24,374 nucleotides of DNA. Source: Histomonas meleagridis 2922-C6/04-290x. Taxonomy: Eukaryota; Protista; Parabasalia. This document shows, one piece after another, positions 18,872-24,374 of the stretch. Every line of letters starts with the position of its first letter. Position 1 is the first letter of the stretch. The translations under genes and the position numbers were made by a program. The notes below the pieces were generated by a model. It was not told the origin of the DNA and did not search any database. It saw only the letters and a list, made by a program, of their open reading frames with translations. The stretch spans positions 1 through 24,374 of the forward strand of contig JAANOX010000005.1 of the NCBI GenBank assembly GCA_020184695.1, read 5' to 3'.

Positions 18872-20745
18872 ATGGAGAAGAAATTAAGTCTAAAAATAGA
18901 TGAAAGTAAAAACAATCTCGACATATTACAAAACATAGAAAAAATATTATTCAATTTAAGTGAAAATAACATTATTAAATCAGTTGAATCAATATTGGAT
19001 TTTTTCGAAGATTTTCCATATTCATTTAATTTGGTTATAATAAGTAAATTATTATTCTCATGTTTCATAGCAAATATCAAAATACAGATTTATATATTAA
19101 CTTTATAAAATTACTTGAATTAAAAGAAGAAGAAAAAACAAATTTTCCAAATAATGAAAAATTTGTTAAAGTATTCTTTTTGTTTCTCATTTCATTAAAG
19201 TCACAAGAATCTTATTATATTCTTCAAAAACTTGTTCAACAAAATTTAATTACTATAAAAAGTTTTAAAGACAGTTATAAATTAGAACAATCATATAAAT
19301 GGATACAAACGGAATACGAAGCTGAAATAGATAAAAAAATCATAAAATATTACTGTGTTTATCATTTTTACAATGAGAATGAATATGAACTTCTCAAAAA
19401 TGATCCGGAACTTCATAAGAAATTAATCCAAGAAGGTGTTAATCCTAATGAAATTGCAAAAATAATTCGAAATGATAAAATAGAAAAACTCCAAGAAATA
19501 TCATCACAAACAAATTTTGATTTTTATCAATTTATTGAATCATCACTTTATGAAAGATGTTCATTTATTGATGGTCAACTTTATTATGTTACATTAATTG
19601 ATTATGCAGCATTTTTTTCTGCAGTAAAATGTTTTAAATATTTACTTATGAATGGTGCAAATGTAGAATATACAGGTAGATATGCAGTTGCAGGTGGAAA
19701 TGAAGAAATAATTCATTTATGTGAACAAAATCATGTATCATTTGAAGATGCATACGAAGTAGCAATCCAATTTCATCGTAATGATATCTTTAAATATCTT
19801 TATGAAAATAAATTCATCGTAATTGAGAATTTAACCGAAGTAGGTATTAAATGTATTAAGTTTAGTAATTATGAACTACTTTCTTTCATATTACATGAAG
19901 GAATGGAAATCAATGAATCTATTATTGATGTATGTGCAAGTGTTCGAAACATATTTCTTGTTTTTCAATTTCTCTTTGGAAAACAAATTCCAAAAAATAT
20001 TTTGGCATATTCTGCGCGTTTAACAAATTATAAATTCTTTAAATATTTGCTTGAACAAGAAGGTATTGATATTAATGCTAAGGATATTTATTTGTTTTGT
20101 TTATTATTTATTTTAATAATTTAATATTTCAAAATAATATTTGGAAATTATTTAAATTATTTAATACAGCACTTATATTGGCATCTCAAAATGGTCATAC
20201 AGAAATAGTTAAATTACTTCTTGAACAAAATGGTATTGGTATTAATGCTAAAAATATTTATTTGTTTCACATGATGTTTATTTTAATAATTTAATATTTT
20301 AATATAATATTTGGAAATTATTAAAAATATTTGAAACAGCACTTATACATGCATCTGCAAATGGTTTTCGAGAAATTGTTAAATTGCTTCTTGAACAAGA
20401 AGGAATTGATATTAATATTAAGGAAATTTAATTGTTTCATATAATATTTATTTTAATTATTTTCTATTTCAAAATAATGTTTGGAATTTGTTTAAAATAA
20501 TTTTTACGGCACTCATGAGAGCAACTCAAAAAGGTCATTCAAAAATAATTAAATTTCTTCTTGAAAAAGAAGGAATTCTTAATGTTCGTAATATTTCTGT
20601 TTAGTTTAATGAATTTTAGTTTCCAAATAATGTTTTATGATCAATCAAAATATTTAGTGATTTACTTGAAAAAGCAATACAAAAAGGACATCATGAATTA
20701 GTTCAATTTTACGATCATTCTACTGGAGCATCCTGTTCAGACTAA
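18872..20745 (+). CDS. DUF3447-type ankyrin-repeat protein; one 1-nt frameshift near the 5' end and interrupted C-terminal ankyrin repeats
   Basis: ORFs 18872-19108 and 19060-20124 join if one A is added to the A4 run at 19079-19082 (ANIK-NTDLY). Family motifs: LIQEGVNPNEIAKIIRNDKIEKL, TLIDYAAFFSAVKCFKYLL and YAVAGGNEEIIHLCEQ. Ankyrin segments continue to a TAA at 20743-20745 (TAAA context). Confidence 0.75.
20051..20580 (+). repeat. Tandem array with exact 170-bp period (90-nt ankyrin coding segment + 80-nt AT-rich spacer)
   Basis: TTGAACAAGA/TTGAACAAAA/TTGAACAAGA/TTGAAAAAGA recurs at 20051, 20221, 20391 and 20561. ACA/ACG-GCA-CTY recurs at 20166, 20336 and 20506. There are no indels between the first three spacers. 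Confidence 0.95.
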
Positions 20746-21549
20746 ACTTTTATTCATAAAATCAAACCTATGTGAACTTAATTTTGAAAGGACATGATCG
20801 GATCGTTTTTTTTTTCTTATCATTTCTAGTTATTTTAATAAATTATAATATGCATAAATAGTTATAATTTTAATAGCATATATTAGTATATAAATTAATT
20901 TTTGAAAAAGGTATTTCTGTTTTATTTTCGAAGAAAAATCAGTATATTTTAATCGTATCCACATAAAGTATTGAAATAAAAACACTTTTTCAACATAATT
21001 TTTAACGGTCCACTCGGTTTACAAATAAGCAAAAAATTAATTATGGATTTTCTCAAGGCATACTGAACAATTCGAAAAATTAACAAAAGTACAAACCCCA
21101 ATATAATGATTAAAATTTCGTTTTGAAATAAAGGAATAATTTTCAAAAAAAGACTTGAAAAACATTTTGTCTAGCGGCTAGACTCTCAGCCTTTTTATTA
21201 TGAATATCGAATAATATTTCATAAAAATTTATAGTATTATATTCGATGTGTTGCAAAATGAAAATTTCTGACTTGACACGAAAGTAAGGTTATTAATAAA
21301 ATAAATACATTTATTGATTTTTCTCATTATAACATTTTAATTTTTTGTCAAGGTAAATTAAAATTATTTCATGTGAGTAGCATATATATTTGAATATCAA
21401 ATGAAATACTATTTCATTAAATTTGTTTAAACTTTCCAACAATTAAATAAATACATATATAACACTGCTGGGTATTTTATAATTAAATACACATATCACA
21501 AAAATTTATATATTTTAAAGAAATGAACTTTTTATTACACTTGATGAAC

Positions 21550-22252
21550 TTAATTTGCGTCAAGAGCCTTCGAAAGGGAGCTCGTGAGGAACGATTCATG
21601 GAGAGTATTGGAGTTGATGTAGCTTTCAAGTCCTGCTGATTGTTGGATTATCTCTTCCTTTTCTTCCTTTGTAAGAATATCTCCAACGACAGGTTTTCTC
21701 TTGTTGGTATCTTCGATCTCGAATGCGCTTCCATTCAAAACAAATTTCTTGCCTTGAAGAGTAAGATGAAATTTTGAAATTTGTGAAATCATTTAATTGT
21801 GAACCTGCTCAAATTCTTTGCTTGCATTAACAATATCTGATCTATCGTTAAGATCAATTTGAAGTTTTGGAAGTTACTGCTGAGATTTTATTTAATGATT
21901 TACCTGTGTTGATTAAATCTTTACGGAAACCGTTCAAAAAAATTGTTTGAGATTGAGATTGTGGTTGTGTGGTATTAGGAACTTCTGGTATTATTTGTGG
22001 TGGTGGAGGATCTTCTCTTACATTAGAATTACGAGGAACAACTGATATTTTTTGGCCATCTTTAACATTGTATTTTGCTAAAGTTTCTTCGTCTTTTAAA
22101 GAAGAGCCTTGGAAAATCAATCTGATTGAATTATTTGTTAAACCACATTTTTCTTGTATAATAGATTTCACTTGTGATATAGGTATGTCTGTTGGAATTT
22201 CAAGTTCGTAAATATTATTTTTTCCTATGACTTTAACTTGGATCTTCACCAT
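21550..22252 (-). CDS. Ubiquitin-like domain protein, interrupted by one frameshift and one in-frame TAA
   Basis: N-terminal UBL (ISQVKSIIQEKCGLTNNSIRLIFQGSSLKDEETLAKYNVKDGQKISVV). Removing one base from the T4 run at 21865-21868 gives KLQIDLNDRSDIVNASKEFEQVHN*, in frame with ORF 21550-21792. Confidence 0.7.
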
Positions 22253-22331
22253 ATTGAAATTAGTGAAAAAATTAACAGCTTATGTGAATCGAAATAAACT
22301 ATAGAAAAATGACGGTTACTTCAATGTACGT

Positions 22332-23130
22332 TTAGTTTTTTGTGTCAGTTTTTATCAAGCTCAGCAACGCAATTCGATTCTCTTCAAGAGAAAGAGACTT
22401 TGCTGTTTCAGGCATATGACGCCTAAGATTTGAGAACTGAGGAATTGATGAAGGACCATTTGTTCCAATTGAAAACGGGCTGGAGATCAAGTTCACTATT
22501 TTTGGTGGAGACATTGGACTTTCATCACTCTTGCTAAATTCAACTTCATCTATAGCTGGTGGCTTCACCAATTCTAGTTCTGATTGAATCCGTTTCTTAA
22601 GTGTTGAATTCCATCTATTTTTGATTGCATTATCACTTCGATTTACCATCAAATTCGATATCTGAACCCATTTATTACCAAACTGCTTATGCAATTCAAT
22701 TATTTTGTTGTCTTCTTCTTCAGTCCAAGCAGAATGATTATATTGTGGATCAAGATGATTTCTCCATCTTTCTCTACATTGCTTCCCAATGCGACCTGGT
22801 AAGAGGTTGCACAGGTTTCTCCAATTTTTGACGCCATGTTCTTTAACATATTGTATTATAATTTCATCTTCTTGACGAGTCCAACTTCCTTTCACGAGCT
22901 TTGGGTTTAAAACTTTATCCCATCGTTCAGCAACTTGTTGGCCTGTCTTACCAGGGAAGAATTCTGCTAGCTTTGAATAATTTTGATGTTCAGTGCTTGA
23001 CATCAATTTCGTGAGTAGATCGTCTTCTCCCTTGACCACTTCACGTTTTTGACGCACCTGTTTATCTTTTGACGTACTCTAGTTGGTGCTAAAGGTAATT
23101 CGTCCCCTTTTGAAGTGGCGCCTGAAGCAT
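22332..23130 (-). CDS. R1R2R3 (three-repeat) Myb transcription factor; about two 1-nt frameshifts in the 5' part
   Basis: Repeats KWS.EEDDLL...VAERWDKVLNP, KGSWTRQEDEII...GKQCRERWRNHLDP and AWTEEEDNKII...NRSDNAIKNRWNSTLKKR. The upstream frames give MLQAPLQKGT / LPLAPTRVRQKINRCVKNVKWS from the ATG at 23130. Confidence 0.88.
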
Positions 23131-23143
23131 ATGAATAACCGTT
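23131..23143 (-). promoter_or_regulatory. M3-like (AACGGTTA) motif adjacent to an Inr-like TCAT upstream of the Myb gene
   Basis: The minus strand reads AACGGTTATTCAT-ATG. AACGGTTA fits the trichomonad M3/Myb-recognition-like consensus RRCSGTTD. Confidence 0.4.
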
Positions 23144-23447
23144 TTTAACGTACGAATATGTAACCCGTTTATTATTTTACAGAGAAAAATTTCTTTCAAT
23201 AAACGTAGTCTCTTTCTATCACTCATTGGTTTTGCAATGCATCTTCATCATATTTATTAGGTTGGGAAGTCATGTTATTTATTCAGAATCAAACAACTTT
23301 TACAATTCAATTTCACAAATTTAACTATGTGTTGTCATTTGTAGGATCTTTTATACACCCAAATAACAAGACAGGAATTAGTTTTCCATTAGATATAGAT
23401 ATAATTGGTTTAAATCATTTTTCTACTGAATTCTATCCTATCACATC

Positions 23448-23820
23448 TTATGGAAAAGCGGCATTTTTAAACACCAAAATGTCACTTTTACCGTTATTAA
23501 CGGTCGATTTTCTTGTCCTTGTTGTTTGCATTATGTCAATTGACATGTTAGAGGATAGGAACCGAACTACCGTACAGTGGATTACATCACTATCACTATC
23601 AGATTGGAGCTTATTAAGTGAGTTCCTAATGTGCTGATCTGTTGGTGCTGATTGACCACATTTCATCCAAATTTGTTGAACATCAAGTTCTTCTAACTCA
23701 GAAAGTTCATAACGTGCATTGGTGTTTGCAAAAGAAAAGATCTTATGAGGAGTGAATTTAGAAGACGATAGATTCATTAAAGTTTTTTCCCAGTGGCGTC
23801 TTCAATGGAACAAAATCCAT
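23448..23820 (-). CDS. RNA triphosphatase / DUSP11-like cysteine-phosphatase-fold protein (capping-enzyme N-terminal type), frameshifted or degenerate
   Basis: MDFVPLKTPLGKNFNESI (from ATG 23820), then after a frameshift KFTP..FANTNARYELSELEELDVQQIWMKC..APT..VIHCT. This parallels the metazoan capping-enzyme TPase order FLPLKT..RFHP..LTNTSRFY..VHCT. Similarity was judged by eye. Confidence 0.45.
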
Positions 23821-24038
23821 CGCTTCTGAACAGAATTTAAACAATTAGATTTGAAACATTATAAAAAAGATCCATTTTAAAAAATTATACAAAGCCAAAC
23901 GACATCTAATTCCTCCTCAACGGAATCCAGTGCCACTTTCTGCTCCATTTCCGCAAAACATTCGATGAAATTTCCACTTCAGAAGCGGAATTAATTCAAT
24001 ATTTCGTATAGTTTAATGTTTTATTCAATAAAACAATT

Positions 24039-24374
24039 CTATCTATTATCCATTGTCTGACAGTTCTTAATTGCGTACAACAATTTTTGGTAACAAATTT
24101 CCTCGCTAGAGTAACTTGGCAAGTGTAACTTATTGAAGCACGTGCTTGCAGTTGGCAACAGTTGGTCCGGGTCTCTTTTGTGTTTAGCCTATTCATTTGT
24201 ATCTTAAAGTTTGGCCTTAATGACGTGTTTGGTAATCTTGCTTAGTTGTAATGAACTTTAACAACAATTTCCCTTTCATCATTTGTTAATCTATCGACTG
24301 CGTTCCAAAATCGAACAATCACTGGGTCTTGAAGTCATTAGTAATCAGTGATTACTGTTATAGAACTTAAATGT
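24039..24374 (-). CDS. HECT-type E3 ubiquitin ligase, C-terminal end (gene extends beyond the right edge; frameshifted here)
   Basis: DPVIVRFWNAVDRLTNDERE / LLLKFIT / ARLP...NFKI, then RDPDQLLPTASTCFNKLHLPSYSSEEICYQKLLYAIKNCQTMDNR*. The catalytic Cys codon is at 24138-24140. Not shown correctly by the ORF track. Confidence 0.9.

Noticed and set aside
20084-20167. U12-type AT-AC intron
   Set aside because: The AT...AC pairs give 84 or 82 nt, which do not restore the TAL frame, and the 5' end is not ATATCCTT.
20094-20509. Canonical GT-AG splicing of the ankyrin spacers
   Set aside because: GT20099-AG20169 restores frame in unit 1 but deletes the conserved T-A residues. In unit 2 the available GTs (20264, 20276) to AG20339 give 76 or 64 nt, the wrong phase. 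Unit 3 has ACGG, with no AG, at the equivalent site. There is no ACTAAC branch motif.
20051-20580. CRISPR-like repeat-spacer array
   Set aside because: Both alternating parts are homologous between units, the repeated part encodes ankyrin, there are no cas genes, and the context is eukaryotic.
1986-21795. TAA/TAG reassigned to Gln (as in hexamitid diplomonads and many ciliates)
   Set aside because: Only isolated in-frame TAAs occur (1986, 2476, 21793). The long genes (927 and about 970 aa) have none and use CAA freely, and TAA terminates RPL11, ADK and XPO7 at conserved ends.
1443-22831. Many short ORF-track entries antisense or off-frame to real genes (e.g. 1443-1625, 4550-5008, 6991-7467, 10906-11253, 17504-17812, 21969-22211, 22625-22831)
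   Set aside because: These are shadows of well-supported genes with no recognisable domains.
23825-23900. Possible GT...CAG intron (minus strand) joining MEQKVALD... to the phosphatase-like frame
   Set aside because: The tested GT donors give either the wrong frame or a TAA at the junction. The CTAAT-to-AG spacing does not match the trichomonad consensus.
1-24374. tRNA, rRNA, snoRNA or transposase genes
   Set aside because: No cloverleaf, rRNA-like segment, paired C/D boxes or DDE/RT motifs were recognised by eye. A tRNAscan-SE or Infernal run would be needed to exclude them fully.

Overview
AT-rich, gene-dense, nearly intron-free eukaryotic DNA, most likely from a trichomonad/parabasalid protist. 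This is an inference from DUF3447-type ankyrin genes, a trichomonad-style 3R-Myb, TCA(Y)W initiator motifs just upstream of ATGs, a CCTTT M5-like motif before a ribosomal protein gene, and TAAA overlapping many stops. Genes in order: a degraded or noisy ankyrin paralog (-), uL5/RPL11 (+, many 1-nt insertions), SP-RING/MIZ protein (-), adenosine kinase (+), zf-HIT/ZNHIT2-like (+), UBL-UBA Rad23-like (-), exportin-7-like (+), ubiquilin-like UBL (+), Kelch-repeat protein (+), TRAPPC9/Trs120-like (+), DUF3447/ankyrin gene (+), UBL protein (-), R1R2R3 Myb (-), RNA-triphosphatase-like fragment (-), and the 3' end of a HECT E3 ligase (-). Both ends of the window carry many small indels that look like uncorrected long-read error, so single frameshifts and stops should be treated cautiously. 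The standout signal is not explained by noise. The C-terminal ankyrin repeats at 20051-20745 form an exact 170-bp array in which every repeat is cut at the same beta-hairpin position by an 80-nt AT-rich spacer. Each spacer carries a stop, shifts frame by -1 and lacks usable GT-AG or trichomonad intron motifs, yet the downstream repeats remain clean coding sequence. A diverged paralog at the window start has an interruption at the same position. This may be an unrecognised non-canonical intron or recoding system.
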